A stretch of DNA of 32,000 nucleotides from Nitrosospira multiformis ATCC 25196 (GTDB lineage Bacteria > Pseudomonadota > Gammaproteobacteria > Burkholderiales > Nitrosomonadaceae), in contig NC_007614.1 in the NCBI RefSeq assembly GCF_000196355.1, positions 1,530,001-1,562,000 of the forward strand. The letters run 5' to 3'. The position numbers were made by a program, and so were the translations under genes. This document shows positions 1 through 8,840 of the stretch, in pieces (within the stretch, counting starts at the first letter, position 1; each line of letters starts with the position of its first letter). The notes beneath the pieces were generated by a model. The model was given only the letters and a program-made list of their open reading frames with translations. It ran no database searches and was not told the origin of the DNA.

Positions 1-402
1 GTCGCAGGCTCCATCAATGGTGTTTCCGCTACAGGGTCGGGACAGATGCTGACTGCTGCTGGCGGGGGATCCGCCGAAGGTCTGCGCGTCGCCATCCACG
101 GCGGCGCGCTCGGCACCCGGGGGACAATCGAGTTCTCGCGAGGTTACGCCGAGCGATTGAGTAAGGTTGCAGAAGAGTTTCTCGCCACTGAGGGAGTGAT
201 TGCCACCCGGGTCGAGGGACTGAACGCCAGTATCAAGGATCTCGATCGGCGCCAGGAGGATTTTAGCCGTCGACTTGAAACCGTTGAGGCGCGTTACCGG
301 GCACAGTTCTCTGCGCTTGATGCCATGCTGGGCAGCTTGACCCAGACGAGCCAGTTTCTTCAACAACAACTGGCCTCGCTGCCAACTCTCAACGAAAAAT
401 AA
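1..402 (+). CDS. fliD: Flagellar hook-associated protein 2 (filament cap), C-terminal fragment; 5' end outside window
   Basis: Frame open from base 1; the C-terminus (LSKVAEEFLATEGVIATRVEGLNASIKDLDRRQEDFSRRLETVEARYRAQFSALDAMLGSLTQTSQFLQQQLASL) is typical FliD; followed directly by fliS. Confidence 0.93.
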   Translation, partial: VAGSINGVSATGSGQMLTAAGGGSAEGLRVAIHGGALGTRGTIEFSRGYAERLSKVAEEFLATEGVIATRVEGLNASIKDLDRRQEDFSRRLETVEARYRAQFSALDAMLGSLTQTSQFLQQQLASLPTLNEK

Positions 403-417
403 CGGAGGAGTAAATAT

Positions 418-882
418 ATGTATTCAGTACCTCGCTGCGGTGTAAACGCATATGCCCGGGTTGGTCTTGAAACGGGTGTAATCGCCGCCAGTCCTCATAA
501 ACTCGTCCTGATGCTGTTTGAGGGAGCGCGGATAGCATTGGCTTCGGCGCTTACCCATACGCGAAGCGGCCAGATAGCGGCCAGGGGCGAAGCGATTTCC
601 AAAGCCATTGCAATCATCAACTCCGGCTTGCAAGCCAGCCTGGACATCAAAGCGGGAGGAGAGCTCGCCCAGCAATTGAATGCGCTTTATGAGTACATGG
701 GACGCCGGCTGTTACAGGCTAATGTTCATGACAAACCGGAATATATCGAAGAGGTAAGTGGTCTTCTTGGCGAACTGCACGAGGCATGGGAAGCGATCGG
801 CTCGTTCACGCAGTCAGGTGGAGAGGGAGAGATGATTTCATCCGTCACTCATGACGGCATTGCCAATCTGAAAAAAGCGTAA
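418..882 (+). CDS. fliS: Flagellar export chaperone FliS
   Basis: 154 aa; contains YxxVGLETGVIAASPHKLVLMLFEGARIAL, typical of FliS; located after fliD. Confidence 0.93.
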   Translation: MYSVPRCGVNAYARVGLETGVIAASPHKLVLMLFEGARIALASALTHTRSGQIAARGEAISKAIAIINSGLQASLDIKAGGELAQQLNALYEYMGRRLLQANVHDKPEYIEEVSGLLGELHEAWEAIGSFTQSGGEGEMISSVTHDGIANLKKA

Positions 883-1223
883 TGATGATGACAAGTGCAG
901 AAAACCTTGCTGTGTTTCAGTCTCTTTCCGACCTTACCGGAGAAATGAGAGAGGCTGCCCAGGGGAGTGAGTGGGATCGGCTTGCGGGATTGGAACGACG
1001 CTGCGCAGCCTTGGTGGCGCAACTCGAGAGCGCGGAGGCGGTGCGGCTTCCCCAGGATATGCAACGGCAGAAAGTTGAGCTGATTCACAAGATTCTGGCC
1101 GATGACGCAGCCATACGCGAGTACACGGAACCCTGGATAAGACAGGTTCAAGCTCTGCTGGGTACTGCCAGCCGCTCGCGGTGCGTGCGTCAGGCCTATG
1201 AGTCGGGGGCGTGGAATTTCTGA
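882..1223 (+). CDS. fliT: FliT-like flagellar protein
   Basis: 113 aa, overlaps the fliS stop; small helical protein in the fliDST position. Start may be at an internal Met of MMMTSAEN. Confidence 0.65.
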   Translation: MMMTSAENLAVFQSLSDLTGEMREAAQGSEWDRLAGLERRCAALVAQLESAEAVRLPQDMQRQKVELIHKILADDAAIREYTEPWIRQVQALLGTASRSRCVRQAYESGAWNF

Positions 1224-1323
1224 GCGGGAATTCCGGGAGCGCGCTCTCGTAGCACCGTCAAAATGTGCAGGTCAGGGAATCCGGTTTAATCCCCAGCTTA
1301 ACCCTTTGGCAGGGTTCAGGATC

Positions 1324-1361
1324 AGGGCGAGCGGGGAAAAACGACTTAGGGCGAGCGGGGA
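1324..1361 (+). repeat. 14-bp direct repeat, two copies at 24-bp period
   Basis: AGGGCGAGCGGGGA at 1324-1337 and 1348-1361. Confidence 0.85.
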
Positions 1362-1539
1362 GGCGAAGGATTCGGGAGGAGTTCCTCATGGGGAGGGCAA
1401 GTTTCATTCCAGGTTTTCCCAATCACGAGACACGGGAAGAGGGGTCCGAGGGCAGATCCCATTCGATGGGTACAGATAGGCCTGTTTAATTCGTCCAGAC
1501 CCCTGGCAGTGGATCAACCCCAGAACAGGAGAATTCGAT

Positions 1540-2607
1540 CTGCGTGCAGTCGACTCAATCGCGGCAATAACTTCAATCCGTCCGGTTCAATCCTCACTTC
1601 AAAGAAGTGAGGATTTTACTTCGTTCCTCGCCGGACTGGAGCCTGGGCGTTCTTTGAGAGCGCAGGTGCAAGCTCTGCTTCCCAATAATGAATTCGTCGT
1701 AATGCTGTATGGCCGGGAGGAGCAGGATGGGCAGGTGTTACAGATGAAATTGCCCCGGAGTGCGCACTTGGGCGAAACATTCAATCTGATTTTCCTGTCC
1801 CGCGCGCCAAAGCCGACGTTCGGACTCGTGCTCGGCTCTCAAGCAGTGGCTCCTCAATTGAGTGAGACCGGACGTTTCATCAGCACCCTGCTCCAGCAGC
1901 CGCTTCCACTTCCTTCTGTCAGTCGATCGATGCAGTCGGATGTGGCGCCATTGCTGCCCGCGCCACCACGCGAGGGTGCGCCGGGACAGCATACGCAACT
2001 CGCTCAAGGATTGATGCAAGCAATAAGTTCAAGCGGACTGTTTTATGAGTTCCATCTGATGCAATGGGTGGCCGGCAAAAGATCATTGGCCAGCCTGCTG
2101 CTGGAACCGCAGGGGCGTTTATCGGAAAACCTCCCGCAGGCGCCCGCGATTGCTTCACCCCCGGCTTCACCGGGAGGCGAGCTTCGTCTGTCAGCTCACC
2201 CGCATCAGGATTATTTGAATCCCCTGCATCGCGATACTCAAACCCTCTTGCGTCAGCAACTGGATGTTCTGGAAAGCGGACATCTTCAATGGCGAGGCGA
2301 AATCTGGCCCGGCCAGACTATCGAGTGGGATACAGTCAGAGAAAAGAAGGACGATCCGGAAAGAGGCAGGGCTGCACAGAGTGCCGTATGGAAAACCAGT
2401 GTACACCTTACGCTACCGAATCTGGGATCTGTCAACGCAGTTCTGAAGCTGGGTGAGTCCGGAGTCGAGGTTCGTCTTGCTGCAACCGAATCATCAGCCG
2501 CGATCCTGCGGGCGGGGATAGGACACCTCGTCGCAGGATTGAATTCAGCGGGAATCGGATTATCGAGTATGGGTATTGAGGCGAATGAAAAGGTTGAACC
2601 GGTCTGA
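1540..2607 (+). CDS. FliK-like flagellar hook-length control/export-associated protein; start codon uncertain (CTG at 1540 proposed; tracked ORF starts at TTG 1654)
   Basis: The tracked ORF 1654..2607 continues upstream in frame without a stop to 1480. Residues ...FDLRAVDSIAAITSIRPVQSSLQRSEDFTSFLAGLEPGRSLRAQVQALLPNNEFVVML look like authentic coding sequence and include an LxPGxxLxAxVxALLPN pattern that spans the TTG. AGGAG at 1527-1531 lies 8 nt before CTG 1540. Directly upstream of an FlhB-C-like gene. Confidence 0.6.
   Translation: MRAVDSIAAITSIRPVQSSLQRSEDFTSFLAGLEPGRSLRAQVQALLPNNEFVVMLYGREEQDGQVLQMKLPRSAHLGETFNLIFLSRAPKPTFGLVLGSQAVAPQLSETGRFISTLLQQPLPLPSVSRSMQSDVAPLLPAPPREGAPGQHTQLAQGLMQAISSSGLFYEFHLMQWVAGKRSLASLLLEPQGRLSENLPQAPAIASPPASPGGELRLSAHPHQDYLNPLHRDTQTLLRQQLDVLESGHLQWRGEIWPGQTIEWDTVREKKDDPERGRAAQSAVWKTSVHLTLPNLGSVNAVLKLGESGVEVRLAATESSAAILRAGIGHLVAGLNSAGIGLSSMGIEANEKVEPV
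1589..1615. repeat. Perfect 12-bp inverted repeat, 3-nt loop (hairpin)
   Basis: AATCCTCACTTC aaa GAAGTGAGGATT; imperfect flanking arms TCCGTCCGG (1577-1585) / CCGGACTGGA (1631-1640). Confidence 0.85.
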
Positions 2608-2890
2608 GGCTGCCGTTGCGCTGGCGTATCGGACCGGCGACCATGCCCCGCAGGTTGTTGCCAAGGGACGCGGTCTGGTTGCCGAAAATATTATCCGGGA
2701 GGCACGAAGACACGGCGTTTTCGTTCATGAATCTCCGGAACTGGTGTCCTTGCTCATCCAGGTGGATCTGGATCAGCATATTCCGCCGCAGCTCTACCGG
2801 GCGGTGGCGGAATTGCTCGTATGGCTTTACAAGATGGAAGCCGGGGAGCAGAGCAGTGAGGAGTCTCCATCAATCCCGGTCCACTCCTAA
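2585..2890 (+). CDS. FlhB C-terminal-like (FhlB/EscU-family) small flagellar export protein
   Basis: MKRLNRSEAAVALAYRTGDHAPQVVAKGRGLVAENIIREARRHGVFVHESPELVSLL resembles the cytoplasmic domain of FlhB; overlaps the stop of the preceding FliK-like ORF. Confidence 0.85.
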   Translation: MKRLNRSEAAVALAYRTGDHAPQVVAKGRGLVAENIIREARRHGVFVHESPELVSLLIQVDLDQHIPPQLYRAVAELLVWLYKMEAGEQSSEESPSIPVHS

Positions 2891-3234
2891 ACCGGCATAT
2901 TCATAATATCCTGATAGGCCGCAACCAGCTTGTTGCGTACTTGCACTGTGTACTGAAACGAGATGGATGCTTTCTGCAGCGAGATCATTGCTTCCGTCAA
3001 ATTGGCCTCGGGCGCGCCCAATTCAAAATCTCTGGCAAGCTTCGATGCATGCTGCTGAACGTTATTGACCTGATCCAGCGATCTCCTGAATACGGTTGCG
3101 AAATCGACACGTCCCGCTTCACTTCCAGTTTCGTCTCCACTCGCTATTGTCCCGACTGAACCTGCTTTGCCGCCAGCAAGTGCAGCGCCTGCGCGTAGCT
3201 GGGTGAGCATCGAATCTATGTTTGAAATGTCCAT
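2887..3234 (-). CDS. fliE: Flagellar hook-basal body complex protein FliE
   Basis: 115 aa; C-terminus FELGAPEANLTEAMISLQKASISFQYTVQVRNKLVAAYQDIMNMPV is characteristic FliE; transcribed opposite to fliF. Confidence 0.95.
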   Translation of the reverse strand: MDISNIDSMLTQLRAGAALAGGKAGSVGTIASGDETGSEAGRVDFATVFRRSLDQVNNVQQHASKLARDFELGAPEANLTEAMISLQKASISFQYTVQVRNKLVAAYQDIMNMPV

Positions 3235-3390
3235 GGCTTCCGGCAGTGCTTTTGAAAGGTATACAAGATAGCACTCTCTCCCGTGTTCCGTTTTTTGAAA
3301 AGGCCGTAAAACCAGTTTCTTTTTCCCGAATTGAAAGCTGCAGCCCTGGTGATAATGGCGACTGTCAAGAGGTTTGCCAAGGTACGCCTA

Positions 3391-3402
3391 TCCTATATAG
3401 GA
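3391..3402. promoter_or_regulatory. 12-bp perfect palindrome in the fliE-fliF divergent intergenic region
   Basis: TCCTATATAGGA equals its own reverse complement; 46 bp before the fliF start. Confidence 0.4.
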
Positions 3403-3448
3403 CAAAGAAACGCGATTTGATCTGGAGCACAGGACTGGGGAGAAACAG

Positions 3449-5152
3449 GTGACAGCGGGTGCGAATGCCACAACGATGAACAGCGCAATGAACACCGCCG
3501 CAAACAACGCGGCCAAGGGCGCGGTAAGCAGTATTCAAGGGGGACTGCAAAGCTTTCTGACGCGATTATCGAGCCAGCAGAAAATCGGTCTCATGCTGAC
3601 CGTTTCTTCCTTGGTTGCGTTGCTGGCCGCCGGATGGATGTGGACGCAGGGACCGGACTACAAGGTGCTGTTCAGCAATGTATCCGACGGTGACGGCGGC
3701 GCAATCATCGCGTCCCTCCAGCAAATGAATGTGCCCTACAAATTTGCCGAAGGCGGCGGAGCGATACTCGTCCCATCGAGCCAGGTGCATGATACTCGCC
3801 TCAAACTTGCATCTCAGGGGTTGCCAAGGGGAGGTCTGGTAGGTTTCGAACTGATGGAAAACCAGAAGTTCGGTACCAGCCAGTTTCTTGAACAGGTCAA
3901 TTTCCAGCGGGCGCTGGAAGGTGAACTGGCCCGTTCTGTCCAGGCATTGGCGGCTGTCGACAGCGCCAGGGTCCATCTGGCGATCCCGAAGCAATCGGTA
4001 TTTATGCGGGAGCAACAGAAACCGAGCGCATCCGTGCTGGTGAATCTCTACCCCGGCCGCACCCTCGATCCCCAGCAGGTCAATGCGATCGTCCACCTCG
4101 TTTCCAGCAGTGTGCCCAATCTGCATGTGAAGAATGTGACGGTAGTGGATCAACAAGGCGATCTACTGACCAGGATCGATGAATCGAACCCCAATACGGG
4201 CCTGGATCCAGCTCAGCTCAAGTACTTGCATGCGCTGGAGCAAAGCTATATCAAGCGGATCGAGGCGATTCTGATTCCCATCGTGGGACAGGAAAATGTT
4301 CGTGCTCAGGTCGCGGCCGAGGTCGATTTTGCACACTCCGAACAAACCAGCGAAACATACAGACCCAACCAGGATCCTGCAGGCTCCACCATCCGCAGTC
4401 AGCAGAGTTCGGAATCCACGAATGTGGGCACACAGAATGAAGGCGGCGTTCCGGGCGCGCTTTCCAATCAGCCTCCGGTTCCCGCAACCGCTCCGGTCAC
4501 CACGCCGCCAGCTCCTCCCGGAGCAACTGCCTCCCCATCCCGCGCCCCAAGCAGCACGCGCAAGGATGCAACCATCAATTACGAAGTCGATAAAACAATC
4601 CAGCATGTGCGCAAACCAGTCGGTGGTATAAAAAGACTTTCTGTTGCAGTCGTGGTCAACCACCGCAGAGTCGTGGACGAGAATGGTGTTGTCAGCGCCA
4701 AGCCACTGAGCGAGGTGGAAAAATCCCAGATTACCGATCTGGTGAAAGAGGCGGTCGGATTCAGCAGGGAACGTGGGGATACACTGAACGTGGTTAATAG
4801 CCATTTTACAGGTGTGGAACGGGAAGCAGCGCCAGAGCTCCCTTTGTGGAAACAGCCCGAGGTGGTTGAATTGGCTCAACAGATCGGAAAAACGCTTCTG
4901 ATTGGTGGCCTGATTCTGTATCTGGTGCTGGGTGTGCTACGTCCCTCGCTCAAGCGCATCAGCCAGCCCGAACCTCCGTTACTGGCAGAACCGAGGAACG
5001 ATGACCAGGATGTGCAACCTGTTCCCGCATTGAAACCTGCGGCACAACCTTCCGAATACGAGCAAAGACTGACGCTCGCGCGCCAGCTTGCGAAAAAGGA
5101 GCCGAAGCTGGTGGCAAACGTTGTCAAGCAATGGGTGGCTGGTCATGAATGA
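3449..5152 (+). CDS. fliF: Flagellar M-ring protein FliF
   Basis: 567 aa; N-terminal TM, YKVLFSNVSDGDGGAIIASLQQMNVPYKF, FQRALEGELARSV, C-terminal TM; followed by fliG. Confidence 0.96.
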   Translation: MTAGANATTMNSAMNTAANNAAKGAVSSIQGGLQSFLTRLSSQQKIGLMLTVSSLVALLAAGWMWTQGPDYKVLFSNVSDGDGGAIIASLQQMNVPYKFAEGGGAILVPSSQVHDTRLKLASQGLPRGGLVGFELMENQKFGTSQFLEQVNFQRALEGELARSVQALAAVDSARVHLAIPKQSVFMREQQKPSASVLVNLYPGRTLDPQQVNAIVHLVSSSVPNLHVKNVTVVDQQGDLLTRIDESNPNTGLDPAQLKYLHALEQSYIKRIEAILIPIVGQENVRAQVAAEVDFAHSEQTSETYRPNQDPAGSTIRSQQSSESTNVGTQNEGGVPGALSNQPPVPATAPVTTPPAPPGATASPSRAPSSTRKDATINYEVDKTIQHVRKPVGGIKRLSVAVVVNHRRVVDENGVVSAKPLSEVEKSQITDLVKEAVGFSRERGDTLNVVNSHFTGVEREAAPELPLWKQPEVVELAQQIGKTLLIGGLILYLVLGVLRPSLKRISQPEPPLLAEPRNDDQDVQPVPALKPAAQPSEYEQRLTLARQLAKKEPKLVANVVKQWVAGHE

Positions 5153-6143
5153 GGAGGGTATCTACAAGAGTGCGGTCCTGCTCCTGTCCTTGGGCGAAGA
5201 CGAGGCGGTGCAGGTACTGAAACATCTCAATCAGCTGGAGGTTCAAAAACTCGGGGCTGCGATGGCCAAGCTCAGGAATCTGAGCCGGGAGCAGGTAGAT
5301 AGTGTTCTGAGCGATTTTTGCGGCCGGGTCATGCATGAGCCGCTTCTTCTGGATGTCGATCCGGAAAACTATGCGCGGACGGTGCTCGAAAGAGCTTTGG
5401 ATGAAGATAAGTCGACGGACAATATCAGCCGCATTCTGGAGGGACACGACACGAGCGGAATCGAGGGACTCAAGTGGATTGACTCGCAGTCAGTCGCGGA
5501 ACTCATCAAGGGGGAGCACCCGCAGATCATTGCTACCATCCTCGTCCACCTCGATCGTCACCAGGCCAGTGAAATTCTCGGGCAATTGAGCGAGCAGCTC
5601 CGCAATGATGTCCTGCTGCGCATCGCCACGCTCGAAGGCATTCAGCCTTCCGCATTGCGCGAACTCAATACGGTTCTGACCGATTTGTTGTCCGGCAGTG
5701 AAAATATCAATAAAAGCTCGGTGGGCGGCATTCGTACTGCAGCGGAAATCATCAACTTCATGGGTAGCGCCGCGGAAACGTCTGTGCTTGATAATTTGCG
5801 GGAATTCGACGCGGATCTGGCGCAGAAAATAATGGATCAGATGATTGTATTCGAGAACCTCATGGATATTGACGACCGTGGAATTCAGATGTTGCTGCGG
5901 GAAATTCAATCTGACATCCTGGTTATCGCGCTGAAAGGCGCAGCCTGGGATCTGCGTGAAAGGATTTTCAAGAATATGTCGAAACGTGCCTCTGAAATCC
6001 TGCGTGAAGACCTCGAAGCGATGGGACCGGTAAGAGTAAGCGAAGTTGAAAACCACCAGAAGCAGATATTACAGGTCGTCCGGCGACTCGCAGATGAAGG
6101 GCAAATCGTGTTCGGCAGCAAGAACGAAGAAAGCTACGTATGA
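5145..6143 (+). CDS. fliG: Flagellar motor switch protein FliG
   Basis: Tracked ORF 5088..6143; likely ATG at 5145 (MNEEGIYKSAVLLLSLGEDEAVQVLKHL), overlapping the fliF stop. HPQIIATILVHLD and EDLEAMGPVRVSEVE motifs. Confidence 0.95.
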   Translation: MNEEGIYKSAVLLLSLGEDEAVQVLKHLNQLEVQKLGAAMAKLRNLSREQVDSVLSDFCGRVMHEPLLLDVDPENYARTVLERALDEDKSTDNISRILEGHDTSGIEGLKWIDSQSVAELIKGEHPQIIATILVHLDRHQASEILGQLSEQLRNDVLLRIATLEGIQPSALRELNTVLTDLLSGSENINKSSVGGIRTAAEIINFMGSAAETSVLDNLREFDADLAQKIMDQMIVFENLMDIDDRGIQMLLREIQSDILVIALKGAAWDLRERIFKNMSKRASEILREDLEAMGPVRVSEVENHQKQILQVVRRLADEGQIVFGSKNEESYV

Positions 6144-6895
6144 GTAAGGTTGGCGTGCGGGCAAAAACTTCCGGCGAAAGATCAAGAATGACGTCTCGGG
6201 CAAATCAGATCATTCTTAAGGAAGATTTGCCGACCTATCGCCGCTGGGAAATGGATGTTCTGGAGCAAGGCGCAGTGCTCGAAGGGCCGGTGGACACTTC
6301 AGTTGATACCAAAGACGAGGCAATGCCTGAGCAAATACAGGTTGCATTGCCTACAGTCGAGGAAATCGAAAAAATCCATCAGGAGGCCCGGCAGGAAGGC
6401 TATGCCGCAGGCTATGAAACCGGCCGGGAAGCTGGCGTGAAAGCCGGTTATGAGGCTGGCTGCGAGCGTGCCAGCTTTGAAGCTGGGCAATTGACGGCTG
6501 CATTTGGGAGTCTTCAGGAAGCCTTGGCAAGTGCCGACCAGAAGATTTGCAATGCTCTACTCTCCCTTGCACTCGACGTCGCCAAAGAGATGGTGCGTGA
6601 GGCATTGCGGGTGAAACCGGAACTTGTTTTCGCTGTCATTCGCGAATGTATCCAGTCTGAGCCGGTACTCGGTCAACCGGCACAGCTATTCTTGCACCCG
6701 GACGATGCTGCCCTGATACGCACCCACTTGAATCAGGAGCCAGACCATTGCGTCATTCACCCCGATCCTCGCCTGGAGCGGGGAGGATGCCGAATCAGGG
6801 TAGGGCCCAGCGAGATCGATGCCACTGTGGCGACCCGCTGGCGGCGCATAGCCCAGGCCCTGGGGCAACATAATGACTGGCTGGAGCGTCATTGA
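6140..6895 (+). CDS. fliH: Flagellar assembly protein FliH
   Basis: 251 aa; Gly-repeat helix [22 protein letters not shown] and a C-terminal V-ATPase subunit E-like region; between fliG and fliI. Confidence 0.9.
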   Translation: MSKVGVRAKTSGERSRMTSRANQIILKEDLPTYRRWEMDVLEQGAVLEGPVDTSVDTKDEAMPEQIQVALPTVEEIEKIHQEARQEGYAAGYETGREAGVKAGYEAGCERASFEAGQLTAAFGSLQEALASADQKICNALLSLALDVAKEMVREALRVKPELVFAVIRECIQSEPVLGQPAQLFLHPDDAALIRTHLNQEPDHCVIHPDPRLERGGCRIRVGPSEIDATVATRWRRIAQALGQHNDWLERH

Positions 6896-8307
6896 TGGAA
6901 ACCTTATCCCATACCGACCGATGGCAAGGATTTCTCAAAAACTGCAGTGGGCTGGCCGAGGTGTCGCCGCCCTTCCAGATTTCGGGAAGCCTCACGCGTG
7001 TTACGGGATTGATAATGGAAGCAACCGGCCTCAAGCTGGCTGTGGGCAGTGGATGCACCATACTGATGCCCAACGGTAACAGCATGGAGGCCGAGGTAGT
7101 GGGCTTTCACGGTGACAGGCTTTACCTGATGCCAGCCCATGGCATGTTCGGGCTGGCTCCCGGTGCCAAGGTCGTGCCGTGGGATCGCACCGGCGTGCTT
7201 CCTAACCCGGGCAGCGCATCCCGCCAGCGGCGCCGGGCGTCTGATCAGATCAGCCGGTTTCCAGTGGGAGAAGCCCTACTGGGAAGGGTGGTGGATGGCA
7301 CGGGACGTCCTCTGGATAACCTTGGCCCGTTAGAGGTGGAACGTTCGGCTTCGGCCGCAGGTTCGCCCATCAATCCGCTCGACCGGGAACCGATCAGCGA
7401 GGTCCTCGATGTAGGGGTGCGCGCGATAAATGCCCTGCTTACGGTGGGGCGCGGCCAGCGCATGGGCCTTTTTGCCGGTTCCGGCGTGGGAAAGAGCGTC
7501 CTGCTCGGCATGATGGCGCGCTATACCAGCGCCGATATCATCGTCGTGGGATTGATCGGTGAGCGCGGAAGAGAGGTCAAGGATTTCATCGAACAAATCC
7601 TAGGTGCTGAAGGGTTGGCACGTTCGGTGGTAGTGGCAGCACCCGCAGATACCTGGCCCCTCATGAGATTGCAGGGTGCGTCCTATGCGACTTCTGTCGC
7701 TGAATACTTTCGGGACCAGGGAAAAAATGTTCTATTGATCATGGATTCGCTCACCCGCTATGCAATGGCGCAGCGTGAGATCGCGCTTGCGATCGGGGAA
7801 CCTCCCGCAACCAAAGGGTATCCGCCTTCCGTATTCGCCAAACTGCCGCAATTGGTGGAAAGGGCGGGGAATGGAGTCAAGGGAAGCGGTTCGATCACCG
7901 CTTTCTATACCGTGTTAGCCGAAGGGGACGATCAGCAGGACCCCATCGCGGATGCGGCCAGGGCGATTCTGGATGGCCACATCGTGCTTTCGCGGCAACT
8001 GGCGGAAAGCGGGCATTATCCTGCCATCGATATCGAAGCCTCCATCAGTCGCGCCATGACCAGCCTGATCTCGCCCGAATATTTTGAGCAGGTGCGTAAT
8101 TTCAAGCAGCTTTTTTCACGCTATCAGCGTTCGCGCGACCTGATCAGCGTAGGAGCATATTCCCCGGGGAATGACAGATTGCTGGACCGGGCGATTGCCC
8201 TGTATCCAAAACTCGAACATTTTCTTCAACAAACCATGGTGGAGCGGGCAGGGTATGAAGAGAGTACCCGAAGCCTGGAGGCCCTGCTGGCCTTAAACCT
8301 CAATTAA
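6895..8307 (+). CDS. fliI: Flagellum-specific ATP synthase FliI
   Basis: Walker [75 protein letters not shown]. Tracked start at 6892 (TTG); ATG at 6895 preferred. Confidence 0.97.
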   Translation: METLSHTDRWQGFLKNCSGLAEVSPPFQISGSLTRVTGLIMEATGLKLAVGSGCTILMPNGNSMEAEVVGFHGDRLYLMPAHGMFGLAPGAKVVPWDRTGVLPNPGSASRQRRRASDQISRFPVGEALLGRVVDGTGRPLDNLGPLEVERSASAAGSPINPLDREPISEVLDVGVRAINALLTVGRGQRMGLFAGSGVGKSVLLGMMARYTSADIIVVGLIGERGREVKDFIEQILGAEGLARSVVVAAPADTWPLMRLQGASYATSVAEYFRDQGKNVLLIMDSLTRYAMAQREIALAIGEPPATKGYPPSVFAKLPQLVERAGNGVKGSGSITAFYTVLAEGDDQQDPIADAARAILDGHIVLSRQLAESGHYPAIDIEASISRAMTSLISPEYFEQVRNFKQLFSRYQRSRDLISVGAYSPGNDRLLDRAIALYPKLEHFLQQTMVERAGYEESTRSLEALLALNLN

Positions 8308-8340
8308 CCCCAATCAATCTCAATTAGCTGTTGCCTGATC

Positions 8341-8787
8341 ATGCCGAAAACTTCTGCGCTGGAAACCCTTATCGAACTGGCACAAACCCGCACGGATGAT
8401 GCGGCGCGAAGATTGGGGTTTCTGAACGCTCAAGGCCTGGACATGGAAGCCAAGCTGGTTTTGCTGACACAGTATTCGGATGAATACCAGTCCCGCTTTC
8501 GAGCTTCCATGCAGCAAGGCCTCACCGCGGCAGGATGGCGGAATTATCATGAATTCATCGACAAGCTCGACGCTGCGATTTCCCAGCAACAGGAGGCGCT
8601 GGCGCTCATGCGTCAGCGTGTCGCTGCCAGTGAGGCCGCGTGGCAATCGGAGCGGCGTGTTCTTAACTCTTATGGCACTCTGGCGCAGCGTCACAGGCAG
8701 ATTCAGCTGGCCCACCAGGCAAGGCGCGAGCAGCGGGAAACAGACGAGTGGGCGAACAGTGCGGCTATCCGGCCCGGCTCGACATAA
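8341..8787 (+). CDS. fliJ: Flagellar export protein FliJ
   Basis: 148 aa coiled-coil-like protein immediately downstream of fliI. Confidence 0.85.
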   Translation: MPKTSALETLIELAQTRTDDAARRLGFLNAQGLDMEAKLVLLTQYSDEYQSRFRASMQQGLTAAGWRNYHEFIDKLDAAISQQQEALALMRQRVAASEAAWQSERRVLNSYGTLAQRHRQIQLAHQARREQRETDEWANSAAIRPGST

Positions 8788-8840
8788 TTAAACCATACAA
8801 GATAATAAACTCCTGAAAAATCGAATTCCGAGGGCAGCCC

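Noticed and set aside
6300-6500. Repetitive Gly/Ala codons in fliH as a nucleotide tandem repeat
   Set aside because: This is the known Gly-repeat helix of FliH proteins ([14 protein letters not shown]...), not an independent DNA repeat.
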